IMG/VR virus record: IMGVR_UViG_3300038701_001110
Span: 1 to 63,042 of that record
Reading direction: 5' to 3' (one strand)
DNA from: a virus
Length of the DNA stretch: 63,042 nucleotides
Positions 13,737 to 22,411 of this stretch are shown piece after piece. The notes beneath the pieces were generated by a model. That model saw only the letters and a program-made list of their open reading frames with translations, made no database searches and had not been told where the DNA came from. Position 1 is the stretch's first letter, and every line of letters begins with the position of its first letter. The position numbers were made by a program, and so were the translations under genes.

Positions 13737-13911
13737 CGCAGAGAAGCGAGCCTTTTCCGCAGGGATCGAGGCGGCAAAGAAGGAATATCGCAGGCTGCAA
13801 ACGGGGCTCCCGGTCGGTGCATCTGACGGGCAGACTTTCACAATCCGACATGTCAGTGCCGAAGAGTTTGACGAAGCCCTCCGCTCCCTCGCAGAGCGGG
13901 AGGGGGAGTGA
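13729..13911 (+). CDS. Hypothetical protein, 60 aa
   Basis: AAGGAGA RBS and an 8-nt overlap with the upstream gene. Confidence 0.65.
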   Translation: MTDAEKRAFSAGIEAAKKEYRRLQTGLPVGASDGQTFTIRHVSAEEFDEALRSLAEREGE

Positions 13912-14177
13912 TGATCAACGGTAACCGCGCTCGCGTGGAGGAGCTGACCATGCAAGGCTGGTCGGCATCCGAGATCGGCAGGGAGCTTGGTATATCTGCG
14001 AGCACAGTCTACGCGCACAGGCATGAAGCGCGGCGAAGACAGAAAAACCCAATGCCAGACACACCTGTTGTGTTGGCAGGCGGGCGACCGAGAAAACACA
14101 ACCAAGGAGAAGGTGATGACGAAAAGAGAAGAGATGGTGTGGAACTACATCCTGCGCAACAGGCAGGCCACGGCTGA
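13908..14177 (+). CDS. Small HTH protein, 89 aa
   Basis: GWSASEIGRELGISASTVYAHR looks like a sigma-70 region 4 / LuxR-type helix-turn-helix. ATGA overlap with the upstream gene. Confidence 0.65.
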   Translation: MMINGNRARVEELTMQGWSASEIGRELGISASTVYAHRHEARRRQKNPMPDTPVVLAGGRPRKHNQGEGDDEKRRDGVELHPAQQAGHG

Positions 14178-14502
14178 GGAAGTGGCACACGCCTGTAGCG
14201 TGAGCACGGATCTTGTGTGGGAGATGTTTTCAAAAATCGGAACCCCGGAAGAGATATGGCGCAACGGTGGGGACGCCCTGAGCAACCAAGTCGGGGGGAG
14301 CCACTACAAGGACATGGAGATACAACCGTGGCAGGCCATGGAAGCGTGGCTCACACCTGAGGAGTACCGCGGCTACCACAAGGGGGTCGCTATCGCCTAC
14401 CTCGCCCGGGAAGGACAAAAGGGCGGGATCGAGGACATCAAGAAGACCATCCATCACCTGCAGCGTCTGGTGGAGATGCAACCAACCGAAGGAGAAGAAT
14501 GA
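14116..14502 (+). CDS. DUF3310-like protein, 128 aa
   Basis: GGSHYK...IQPWQAMEAWL...YHKGVAIAYLAR...KGGIEDIKKTIHHL matches the DUF3310 pattern as I remember it. AAGGAGA RBS before ATG 14116. Confidence 0.7.
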   Translation: MTKREEMVWNYILRNRQATAEEVAHACSVSTDLVWEMFSKIGTPEEIWRNGGDALSNQVGGSHYKDMEIQPWQAMEAWLTPEEYRGYHKGVAIAYLAREGQKGGIEDIKKTIHHLQRLVEMQPTEGEE

Positions 14503-15032
14503 TGCACTACATGATCGACCTTGAGACGATGGGCACAGCGCCCGGTTCCGCCATCGTGGCTATCGGCGCCGTGGCGTTCGACGCAGAGAAGATCCACGAC
14601 ACCTTCTACCAAACGGTGTCTCTCGAGAGTTCCGTGGCTTGGGGCCTGACCGTGGATGCCAGCACCGTCATGTGGTGGATGCAGCAGAGCGACGCGGCGC
14701 GCGCCGAGATCTGCGATCCGATGTGCTACAACCTGAAACATACGCTGCAAATTATGCGCACATGGACGCGAATGGAGGGCAAAGATATTTCCGGCGTGTG
14801 GGGCAACGGCGCCACGTTCGATAACGTGCTGATCCGCGTAGCCATGGAGAAGACGGGGGTCACACCGCCGTGGAAGTTCTGGCAGGACAAGTGCTATCGC
14901 ACGGTCAAGGGTGCCCACCCTGAGATCGACATCGTGAAGGAAGGCACGGCGCACAAGGCCATCGACGATGCCCTCTCTCAGGCGAAGCACCTGATGGTCA
15001 TCAACAAGTCGGCCGGGGGGATCTACCTTTGA
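14499..15032 (+). CDS. DEDDh 3'-5' exonuclease, 177 aa
   Basis: Exo I MIDLET, Exo II WGNGATFDNVL, Exo III HKAIDDALSQA. Confidence 0.8.
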   Translation: MMHYMIDLETMGTAPGSAIVAIGAVAFDAEKIHDTFYQTVSLESSVAWGLTVDASTVMWWMQQSDAARAEICDPMCYNLKHTLQIMRTWTRMEGKDISGVWGNGATFDNVLIRVAMEKTGVTPPWKFWQDKCYRTVKGAHPEIDIVKEGTAHKAIDDALSQAKHLMVINKSAGGIYL

Positions 15033-16144
15033 CCAAGACACCCATCTTTCTCGATATCGAGGTCTACAAGAACTACTTCTTGGCGACGTTCATGACAGAG
15101 GATGGACGTGCCAAGATGTACGAAATCTTCAACGGGGACGCTTCGGCGTTCCCGTCCAACGAGATCTACGATCTTCTGCGCCGTGACGATATCGAGATCG
15201 TGACATTCAACGGCAACCACTACGACATCCCACTGCTGACCCTCACGCTTCTGAACAGAGACACGTTCATGACCAAGCGGGAGAGTGATCGCATCATCAA
15301 CTACAACATCCGCTCGTGGAACTTCTACCGGGACAACGGTATCTCCGAGCCCCAGATAAACCACGTCGACCTGATCGAGGTGGCCCCCGGCCGTGTGGGT
15401 CTGAAGCTCTACGGTGGGCGCATGAACTGCCCAAGACTGCAAGAACTGCCGGTGGATCCGTCCGCGACCATAACCGAGGAGCAGAGGAAGCTCCTGCGGC
15501 GCTATTGCAAGAACGACACCGAAGTCACCCGGGAGCTGTACCGCACGCTGCGCAAGCAGCTGGACCTGCGTCGTGAGATGAGCAAGCAGTATGGCGTGGA
15601 CCTGCGGTCAAAGTCTGACGCACAGATCGCCGAGGCCGTGCTGAAGACGGAGTTTCATCGCATCACGGGGGACTGGCCGTCCAAGGTGACGCCGACCTAC
15701 AAGAGCTTCTTCTACCAAGCGCCAGACTACGTCAGCTTCCGCACTGAACCGCTCCGTGAGGTTCTGGACGTCGTCACGTCGGCTGAGATGGTGCTCGACC
15801 CCGACACCGGGCATGTGAAGATGCCCAAGCAGATCTCCGATCTCAAGATCAAGATCGGTGACAGCAACTACAACATCGGCATCGGTGGCCTGCACAGTCA
15901 GGAGTCCGAGGTGACCCATTTCACCGACGACGAGAACGTGCTTCTGGACCGGGATGTGGCGAGCTACTACCCCACGCTGATGCTGAACATGAACATGCAG
16001 CCGGGTGGTTTCGGACAGCACTTCAACACCGTGTATCGACGCATCCTCGTTGATCGTCTGGGGGCAAAGCGCAGAGCGAAAGAATGCCGAGATAGGTTGA
16101 AGGATCTCGAGAAAGAGCTTGCGGAACTTGGTGACAACGCATAA
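15029..16144 (+). CDS. Family-B DNA polymerase, N-terminal fragment (exonuclease domain plus motif A), 371 aa
   Basis: Exo I FLDIEVY, Exo II FNGNHYDIPLL, Pol motif A DRDVASYYPTLM. TTG start overlaps the upstream stop. The ORF stops before motif B. Confidence 0.8.
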   Translation: MTKTPIFLDIEVYKNYFLATFMTEDGRAKMYEIFNGDASAFPSNEIYDLLRRDDIEIVTFNGNHYDIPLLTLTLLNRDTFMTKRESDRIINYNIRSWNFYRDNGISEPQINHVDLIEVAPGRVGLKLYGGRMNCPRLQELPVDPSATITEEQRKLLRRYCKNDTEVTRELYRTLRKQLDLRREMSKQYGVDLRSKSDAQIAEAVLKTEFHRITGDWPSKVTPTYKSFFYQAPDYVSFRTEPLREVLDVVTSAEMVLDPDTGHVKMPKQISDLKIKIGDSNYNIGIGGLHSQESEVTHFTDDENVLLDRDVASYYPTLMLNMNMQPGGFGQHFNTVYRRILVDRLGAKRRAKECRDRLKDLEKELAELGDNA

Positions 16145-16818
16145 TGTGGTAAAACCACAGGAGGTCACAATGGCAAATTCAACGTATCATGAGCGCGGAA
16201 AACTGATCAACGGGATGCACCCTAGGGAGCACCCGAACTACAGCGTGTGGGCCAATATGAAGAGGCGCTGCAATAGTCCAAGCGCGAGCGGCTATAAGAA
16301 CTACGGGGGTCGCGGTATAACCTACGACCCCCGTTGGGAAGACTTCGAACCGTTCTGCATTGATATGGGAGTTCGACCGAGTAGCGAGCACACCATCGAA
16401 CGCATTGACAACGACGGGGACTACAACAAAGCCAACTGCATTTGGGCGGACAAGGCAACTCAGGCTCAGAATCGACGGCGCTTTTCGAACAACACCAGCG
16501 GCAGGACCGGTATCAAAAGGAAAGGCGACAGATATACAGCACAGGTTAACTACAATAAAAAGAGATACAAGGTTGGTGGAACTTTCAAAACCATGGAAGA
16601 GGCACACGCCGCGAGGTTGGCACTGATAGATGCCCTTCGTTCTGGGAAAGACGTGTCGACGATGCTTGAGAGGCCTCCGCGTTACGACTCATCCACTGGC
16701 ATAAGGGGGATTAGTGTGCACAGCAAGGGAGGCTTCATAGTAAGGACGACTGTTGGGGGCGAACGCAAATACCTTGGTTATTTCAAGACACTGAGTGAGG
16801 CTAAAAGGGCGTTGGAAG
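16145..16818 (+). mobile_element. Homing-endonuclease gene insertion that splits the polymerase gene
   Basis: The 674 nt between the two polymerase ORFs are almost fully occupied by an independently translated endonuclease-type ORF with its own AGGAGG RBS, in a third reading frame. Confidence 0.7.
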
Positions 16819-16835
16819 ATGCGAAGCAGGGCTGA
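16170..16835 (+). CDS. Free-standing homing-endonuclease-like protein with two AP2-type DNA-binding repeats, 221 aa
   Basis: The N-terminal domain is paralogous to 5177-5674 (WANMKRRC...YKNYGGRGIT...DMG...IERIDNDGDY..NC.WA..Q..NRR). It is followed by GIKRKGDRYTAQVNYNKKRYKVGGTFKTMEEAHAAR and GISVHSKGGFIVRTTVGGERKYLGYFKTLSEAKRA. Confidence 0.7.
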   Translation: MANSTYHERGKLINGMHPREHPNYSVWANMKRRCNSPSASGYKNYGGRGITYDPRWEDFEPFCIDMGVRPSSEHTIERIDNDGDYNKANCIWADKATQAQNRRRFSNNTSGRTGIKRKGDRYTAQVNYNKKRYKVGGTFKTMEEAHAARLALIDALRSGKDVSTMLERPPRYDSSTGIRGISVHSKGGFIVRTTVGGERKYLGYFKTLSEAKRALEDAKQG

Positions 16836-17748
16836 GATCGAGGCGGAGATGGAACGTCTAAAGGCGGAAATCAAAGAGTGTGAGACCATGGCGGATTCAT
16901 ATAAAATTTCTTTGAACGGGACCTTCGGGAAGACGTCGAGCCAATACAGCACGATCTACTCCCCGAAGTTTATGATCCAGACCACCCTCACCGGGCAGCT
17001 CAGCTTGCTCATGCTGATTGAGGTTCTGGAGCTTGTCGGCATCCCCGTTGTGTCTGCGAACACCGACGGCGTGGTCATCAAGTGTCCGCGCGATAGGCTG
17101 GACGACCTCTCTGCTATCATCGCCAAGTGGGAGAAACGCACCGGGCTCGAGACCGAAGAGACTCGATACGCAGCGCTCTATTCCCGCGACGTGAACAACT
17201 ACATCGCTGTGAAGGAGGACGGCGGTGCCAAGGTAAAGGGTGTGTTCGCCGAACCATCCCTCAGCAAGAACCCGCAGAACCCGATCTGCGCTGAGGCGGT
17301 CGTGCGGCACCTGACCAACGGGGAAGAGATCTCCGATGTGGTGCGCGGATGCAAGGACATCACCAAGTTCCTGACCCTTCGCACGGTGACAGGTGGGGCT
17401 GTGAAGGATGGTCAGCCGCTCGGCAAGGCGATCCGCTGGTATTACTCCGATGGAGAGAAGGGCACGATCAACTACGCCACCAATGGCAACACGGTGCCGA
17501 AGTCGTTCGGCGCCAAGCCGGCGCTGGACCTTCCGGAAAAGTTCCCGTCCGACGTCGACTACGACTGGTATATACGAGAGTGCGGCGAGATCCTCATGGC
17601 AGTCGGCGCGCGCCCTCGGCCAGTGATGGCAAAAATACCTAGAAAGAATAGTAAGGCTTGGAAAGCACTACGTGATGAGGGTAAGATCGTCGAGCAGCCA
17701 GACGGCAAGAAGTGGGTCTGGGCCGAAGGAGAGGGAGTTTTGGGATGA
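16819..17748 (+). CDS. Family-B DNA polymerase, C-terminal fragment (motifs B and C, thumb), 309 aa
   Basis: Motif B KISLNGTFGK and motif C SANTDGV. ATG 16819 lies inside the 3' end of the endonuclease ORF. The track start is GTG 16795. Confidence 0.75.
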   Translation: MRSRAEIEAEMERLKAEIKECETMADSYKISLNGTFGKTSSQYSTIYSPKFMIQTTLTGQLSLLMLIEVLELVGIPVVSANTDGVVIKCPRDRLDDLSAIIAKWEKRTGLETEETRYAALYSRDVNNYIAVKEDGGAKVKGVFAEPSLSKNPQNPICAEAVVRHLTNGEEISDVVRGCKDITKFLTLRTVTGGAVKDGQPLGKAIRWYYSDGEKGTINYATNGNTVPKSFGAKPALDLPEKFPSDVDYDWYIRECGEILMAVGARPRPVMAKIPRKNSKAWKALRDEGKIVEQPDGKKWVWAEGEGVLG

Positions 17749-18230
17749 TCGGACGACTGTTTGGGAAGACAAAGGTAACGACGGAGCGTGCCGAAGACGA
17801 AGGTACGATACCGGAGGGGTGGCAAACCAGATCGCTATCTGAGGCTGAGAGAGAGGCGTTGGAGCAGATTTCGAACCGAACGGTATGGAACGGGTCGCTT
17901 GGTGGGGTCTCCGTAGGCCAACAGGCACACAGCTACAACACAAGCATCCACAACGCAACGACTTACCCTCCAAAGCTGTACCTTGGGAGTGAGGTTCTCA
18001 GTGAAAACATGTTGTCAGTGATTAAGATGTCCGATTGTGCTCACCCGGCTTTGCGCGAGAGCCTTGTTGAAACGCTCATCGCACTTGCCGACAGCGACTC
18101 TGTCTCCGACAGGGCTTTTGCTGTCATGCACAAAGATCTGCCCGAAGCGAAACGGATCATGATGCTTTCGGACGACGATCAGAACGTGGTGGAAATTGCG
18201 AAAACCATTTTGGAGTGGGCAGATGAGTAA
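17745..18230 (+). CDS. Hypothetical protein, 161 aa
   Basis: ATGA overlap with the polymerase stop. GGAGAGGGAG upstream. Confidence 0.7.
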   Translation: MIGRLFGKTKVTTERAEDEGTIPEGWQTRSLSEAEREALEQISNRTVWNGSLGGVSVGQQAHSYNTSIHNATTYPPKLYLGSEVLSENMLSVIKMSDCAHPALRESLVETLIALADSDSVSDRAFAVMHKDLPEAKRIMMLSDDDQNVVEIAKTILEWADE

Positions 18231-18891
18231 GGTAGCACCGTGGTCATTCAGCCGCATCAAGGCGTTCGACACATGTCCGAAGCAGTTCTACCACACGTAT
18301 ATCCTCAAGGAGTTTCCGTATGAGGAGACCGAGGCTATGCGCTATGGGACGGAGTTTCACAAGGCGGCCGAGGACTATATCGGGAAAGGGTCGCCAGTTC
18401 CCGAGCGCTTTGCCTTCGCTCAGCCGATGCTGGATGCACTCAACGCCAAGCCCGGCACAAAGCACTGCGAGCTTAAGTTCGGACTGACGCGCAACCTCGA
18501 GCCGTGCGGGTTCTTTGACTCTGATGTGTGGTTCCGCGGTGTCGTTGACCTTGCGATCATCGACGGGGACCGCGCGTGGGTGGTCGACTACAAGACCGGC
18601 AAGTCCTCCCGCTATGCCGAGAAGGGTCAGCTTGAACTCATGGCTCTGGCACTGATGGCTCACTTTCCCGAGGTCAAGACAGTCAGCGCTGCGCTCGTGT
18701 TCGTCATCGCCAACGACGTTGTGAAGGTGAAATACGACATCACCGAGCGTGGCGAGATGTGGGCGAAATGGCTTTCAGAGTATGCTAAGATGGAGAAAGC
18801 CGCCGAGACTGGCGTGTGGAACCCGAAATCTTCGGGCCTCTGCCGAGCCCATTGCAAGGTTCTGGAGTGCCCCCACAACGGCAGGAGCTGA
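18223..18891 (+). CDS. PD-(D/E)xK nuclease with Cas4-like Cys cluster, 222 aa
   Basis: FDTCPKQFY near the N-terminus, VVDLAIIDGDRAWVVDYKTGK, and CRAHCKVLECP at the C-terminus. Confidence 0.75.
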   Translation: MSKVAPWSFSRIKAFDTCPKQFYHTYILKEFPYEETEAMRYGTEFHKAAEDYIGKGSPVPERFAFAQPMLDALNAKPGTKHCELKFGLTRNLEPCGFFDSDVWFRGVVDLAIIDGDRAWVVDYKTGKSSRYAEKGQLELMALALMAHFPEVKTVSAALVFVIANDVVKVKYDITERGEMWAKWLSEYAKMEKAAETGVWNPKSSGLCRAHCKVLECPHNGRS

Positions 18892-18893
18892 CG

Positions 18894-19184
18894 ATGCCGT
18901 ACAAGAACCCCGAACGAGACCGTAACTACAAGCGGGAGTACAAGCTTCAGCAGGCGAGGGGGGAGAACCCCGCCAGAGCTGAGCGCGCCAAGGCGCGACG
19001 GGCGTTCGACAAGAAGCACGGGCGGAAGGCCCGGGAAGGTCTCGACATCAGCCACAACAAGGCTATCGCCCGTGGTGGGAGCAACTCTGACGGCACGCGC
19101 CTTGAGAGTCCATCGAGCAACCGGGCGCGGGGAGGCGCCATGAGCAAACCACACACGAAGACAAAGCGCCGTCGGCGCTCATAG
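18894..19184 (+). CDS. Small basic protein with HNH-like remnant, 96 aa
   Basis: AGGAG RBS. DISHNKAIARGGSNSDGTRLESPSSNR resembles an HNH core. Very basic tail. Confidence 0.6.
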   Translation: MPYKNPERDRNYKREYKLQQARGENPARAERAKARRAFDKKHGRKAREGLDISHNKAIARGGSNSDGTRLESPSSNRARGGAMSKPHTKTKRRRRS

Positions 19185-19202
19185 TTATACGCCTCGTATA
19201 AC
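19184..19202 (+). promoter_or_regulatory. Early-arm palindrome copy
   Basis: GTTATACG-CCT-CGTATAAC; ends 13 nt before ATG 19216. Preceded by the hairpin AGCGCC-GTC-GGCGCT. Confidence 0.7.
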
Positions 19203-19215
19203 CAAAGGAGAGACC

Positions 19216-20748
19216 ATGGAGATCGTGGACAACAAGGCGTTGCGCCTGAAGCTGCGCAACCCTCAGCAGGTGCTGACCACCATACCGGAAAGCCGGGCCA
19301 TCGGGCCCAACGAAGTCCTCGTCAAGTGGGATGTGCCTCAGGTGCACCGCTTGCGGAGCATGAACATCGACGTGCCTTCTCCGATCCAGCGCTACAACTG
19401 GCCGGGAAAATACAAACCGTTCGAGCATCAGAAGGTGACCGCGGAGTTCTTGGTGAACAACCCGAAGGCGTTTTGCTTCTCGGACATGGGGACCGGGAAG
19501 ACCGCCTCTGCGATATGGGCGGCAGACTTTCTCATGACGCGGGGTATCATAAACCGGGCGCTGATCTTGTGCCCTGTTTCGATCATGGACGCAGCGTGGA
19601 GAGCGGACCTGTTTTCATTCGCCATGCACAGGAAGGTCGACATCGCGCACGGCTCCGCCGACAAGCGGCGCAAAGTCATAGCCAGCGATGCGGAGTTTGT
19701 CATCATCAACTTCGACGGCACCAAGGTTGTGAAGGATGAGATCGCGAACGGCGGGTTCGACCTGATCATTGTGGACGAGGCAAGTGCGTATAAGACGGCG
19801 ACCACACAGCGCTGGAAGACCCTGAAAAGCCTTATCGGTCCGGACACATGGCTCTGGATGATGACGGGGACACCTGCCGCACAGGGGCCGCAGGATGCCT
19901 ATGGTCTAGCAAAGCTGGTCAATCCGGCTGGCCTGCCTCGCACATTCGCTGGTTACAGGGACATGGTGATGTACAAGGTCACCCAGTTCAAGTGGGAGCC
20001 GAAACCGAACGCAACCGACACCGTTCACCAGATACTACAACCGGCCATCCGCTTCGCAAAGGAAGACTGCCTCGACCTGCCAGAGATGACCTACGTGGAT
20101 AGGCACGTCGAGCTGACCCCGCAGCAGCGGGCCTATTACAACAAGCTTCGGAAACAGCTCCTCATGCAGGCGGCAGGCGAGACAGTCACAGCTGCGAATG
20201 CAGCGGTGGCGATGAACAAGCTTCTCCAGATCAGCTGTGGCGCTGTCTACACCGACGACGGGAACACCTTGGAGTTCGACATCAAGAACCGCTACTCGGT
20301 GCTGAAGGAGGTTGTCGACGAATCCGCCAACAAGGTCATCGTGTTCGTCCCGTTTCAGAGTAGCATCGAGGCGCTGTCGGCGAAGCTGAACAGCGATGGT
20401 GTGACGGCCGAGATCATCAACGGCTCCGTCCCTGCCGGGAAGCGGACAGAGATCTTCAAGAAGTTCCAGACAGAGACACACCCGCAGGTGCTTGTCGTGC
20501 AGCCTCAGGCCGCCGCGCACGGCGTCACTCTGACAGCGGCGGACACAATCGTGTGGTGGTCACCGACCCCCTCTCTTGAGATTTACTCTCAGGCCAACGC
20601 CCGCATCCACAGGTCCGGTCAGAAGAACAAGTGCACCGTCGTGAAGCTAGGCGGATCTGCTGTGGAGAGGAAGCTGTACGACATGCTGGACAAGAAGCTC
20701 GACGCGCAGTCGAAAATCATCAAACTCTACGAAGAAATACTTGCGTAG
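19216..20748 (+). CDS. SNF2-family (SF2) helicase, 510 aa
   Basis: Motif I DMGTGKT, motif II IVDEASAYK, motif VI QANARIHRSGQKN. Confidence 0.85.
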   Translation: MEIVDNKALRLKLRNPQQVLTTIPESRAIGPNEVLVKWDVPQVHRLRSMNIDVPSPIQRYNWPGKYKPFEHQKVTAEFLVNNPKAFCFSDMGTGKTASAIWAADFLMTRGIINRALILCPVSIMDAAWRADLFSFAMHRKVDIAHGSADKRRKVIASDAEFVIINFDGTKVVKDEIANGGFDLIIVDEASAYKTATTQRWKTLKSLIGPDTWLWMMTGTPAAQGPQDAYGLAKLVNPAGLPRTFAGYRDMVMYKVTQFKWEPKPNATDTVHQILQPAIRFAKEDCLDLPEMTYVDRHVELTPQQRAYYNKLRKQLLMQAAGETVTAANAAVAMNKLLQISCGAVYTDDGNTLEFDIKNRYSVLKEVVDESANKVIVFVPFQSSIEALSAKLNSDGVTAEIINGSVPAGKRTEIFKKFQTETHPQVLVVQPQAAAHGVTLTAADTIVWWSPTPSLEIYSQANARIHRSGQKNKCTVVKLGGSAVERKLYDMLDKKLDAQSKIIKLYEEILA

Positions 20749-20753
20749 ACTGT

Positions 20754-20769
20754 TTATAGTTACTATAGT
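20754..20769 (+). promoter_or_regulatory. Divergent palindrome TTTATAGT-T-ACTATAG
   Basis: Occupies the same position as the canonical palindrome (26 nt before ATG 20796, followed by CCAAAGGAG), but the arms are TATAGT/ACTATA. Confidence 0.4.
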
Positions 20770-20795
20770 CCCGTTTACCACCAAAGGAGAACGCC

Positions 20796-21191
20796 ATGAG
20801 CGAAGTATCGCAAGTGGACCGGCTGACGCAGGTCTACATCAAAATCCGCGACAAGCGTGCGCAGATCGCCGCTGAGTTCAAGGAAAAGGACGACAAGCTG
20901 AAAGCACAGCTCGACTCCGTGAAGAGCGCCTTGCTCGACTACTGCAACGAACAGGGCGTGGAGAGTGTTCGCACAGGCCATGGGCTCGTGTATCGCACAA
21001 CCAAGGTCCGTTACTGGACCAGCGACTGGGACTCCATGAACACGTTCATTCTGGAGAATGGGCTGCCGGAGTTCTACGAGAAGCGCCTGAACCAAGGTGT
21101 GGTCAAGTCGTATTTGGAGGAGAACCCTGAGTCGATCCCTCCCGGGCTCAACTCGAACACCGAATACACCCTTACCGTGAGGAAGAAATGA
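20796..21191 (+). CDS. Coiled-coil protein, possibly Mu Gam-like or Gp157-like, 131 aa
   Basis: An N-terminal helix followed by a beta-rich segment, in an order reminiscent of Gam-type nuclease inhibitors. Weak, by eye only. Confidence 0.4.
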   Translation: MSEVSQVDRLTQVYIKIRDKRAQIAAEFKEKDDKLKAQLDSVKSALLDYCNEQGVESVRTGHGLVYRTTKVRYWTSDWDSMNTFILENGLPEFYEKRLNQGVVKSYLEENPESIPPGLNSNTEYTLTVRKK

Positions 21192-21454
21192 CGGAAGAGA
21201 CAAAGAAATACCTATCCACCTCAGATCTCGCCGAGTACCTTAACATCTCGTTGAGCAAGGTGAACGACATGGTCCGCACGGGTGCGATCCCGAAGGACAT
21301 GTACTGGCAGCACAACCGCACCTATCGGTTCGATTGCCGCCGGATCGAGCAACATCTGCTCGACAGCGAGTTCGCACAAAGCGACGATGAGCAACTTGAA
21401 CTCCCGTTCGATGCCAGCATCTACCGGGATTTCGACGAAGACCCCAACCACTAA
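21188..21454 (+). CDS. Excisionase/MerR-type HTH protein, 88 aa
   Basis: YLSTSDLAEYLNISLSKVNDMVRTGAIP. Confidence 0.65.
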   Translation: MTEETKKYLSTSDLAEYLNISLSKVNDMVRTGAIPKDMYWQHNRTYRFDCRRIEQHLLDSEFAQSDDEQLELPFDASIYRDFDEDPNH

Positions 21455-21464
21455 GGAGACACAC

Positions 21465-22355
21465 ATGAGCAACCTCGAACTTTTCAAGGGTAACCCCCTT
21501 GCCAGCAGCGACCTCTTCAAGTCGCTCATGGAGACCAACAAGAAGCTTCAGGGCGGCAATGCCGGGGGCCCCCGCATCAGCATCCGCGGCGGCCGGTTCC
21601 GCATGATCGTTGGCGGAGAGCAGGTTTCTGTCCGCAAAGACGACTTCCTGAATGTCATGGTCGCCGAAGCCAGCGGCATCAACCGCACCTACTACGAGGG
21701 TACGTATGACCCTGAGAACCCGGCACCGCCGAAGTGCTGGTCTGTCGACGGGGAGAAGCCTGCCCCTGAAGTCGACGAAGACGACCGCATGGCGGCGCGG
21801 TGCGCCGACTGCCCGATGAACGTGAAGGGCTCTGGTCAGGGAAACTCGCGCGCCTGCCGGTTCTCCCAACGTCTCGCCGTGTTGCTCGAGGGGGATGAGA
21901 GCGAAACGGTTTACCAGATGCAGGTTCCGGCAACGTCGATCTTCGGGGCTGCCGATGGCAACAACATGCCACTGCAGGCGTACGTGAAGCTGCTGACGGC
22001 CCATGACACGCCGATCCAAGCTGTCATGACACAGGTGTTCTTCGACGAGAACAGCGAGACGCCCAAGCTGTTCTTCAAGCCGGAGCGCCCACTTGATGAG
22101 ACCGAGCTGAACACTGTTGTGGCAGCGAAAGACTCTCCGGAAGCCAAAGCGGCCATCACCATGACCGTCTCCCAGATGGACAACGTGCAGCCCAAGAAGC
22201 AGGCTGAGACCAAGCCCGCCCCGAAAGCGACCAAAAAGGTCGAAGAAGACGCTGAGGCTGAGGTCGAAGAGCCCAAGAAGACGACCAAGAAGGCGACCCC
22301 GGCCGCAACTGCGCCCTCGGATGTTGCGGACATCCTCGCAGAATGGGATGACTGA
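21465..22355 (+). CDS. Putative ssDNA-binding protein, 296 aa
   Basis: AAGGAGA RBS before ATG 21465, a Cys4 cluster, a K/E/A/P-rich linker and an acidic-aromatic tip (DILAEWDD), located between the helicase and the primase. Confidence 0.5.
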   Translation: MSNLELFKGNPLASSDLFKSLMETNKKLQGGNAGGPRISIRGGRFRMIVGGEQVSVRKDDFLNVMVAEASGINRTYYEGTYDPENPAPPKCWSVDGEKPAPEVDEDDRMAARCADCPMNVKGSGQGNSRACRFSQRLAVLLEGDESETVYQMQVPATSIFGAADGNNMPLQAYVKLLTAHDTPIQAVMTQVFFDENSETPKLFFKPERPLDETELNTVVAAKDSPEAKAAITMTVSQMDNVQPKKQAETKPAPKATKKVEEDAEAEVEEPKKTTKKATPAATAPSDVADILAEWDD

Positions 22356-22362
22356 CATCTCC

Positions 22363-22387
22363 GGGCACAGCGTTATTCGCTGTGCCC
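22363..22387 (+). other. Perfect 10-bp hairpin GGGCACAGCG-TTATT-CGCTGTGCCC
   Basis: Lies between the SSB-like and primase genes, with no U-tract after it. Confidence 0.6.
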
Positions 22388-22411
22388 ACACCTGCACACC
22401 GAGGAGACAGC

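Noticed and set aside
16145-16818. Group I intron or intein interrupting the polymerase
   Set aside because: The insert is almost entirely an independently initiated ORF in a third frame. That leaves about 25 nt upstream and nothing downstream for a ribozyme core, and no in-frame fusion as an intein would require. Splicing still needs an experimental test.
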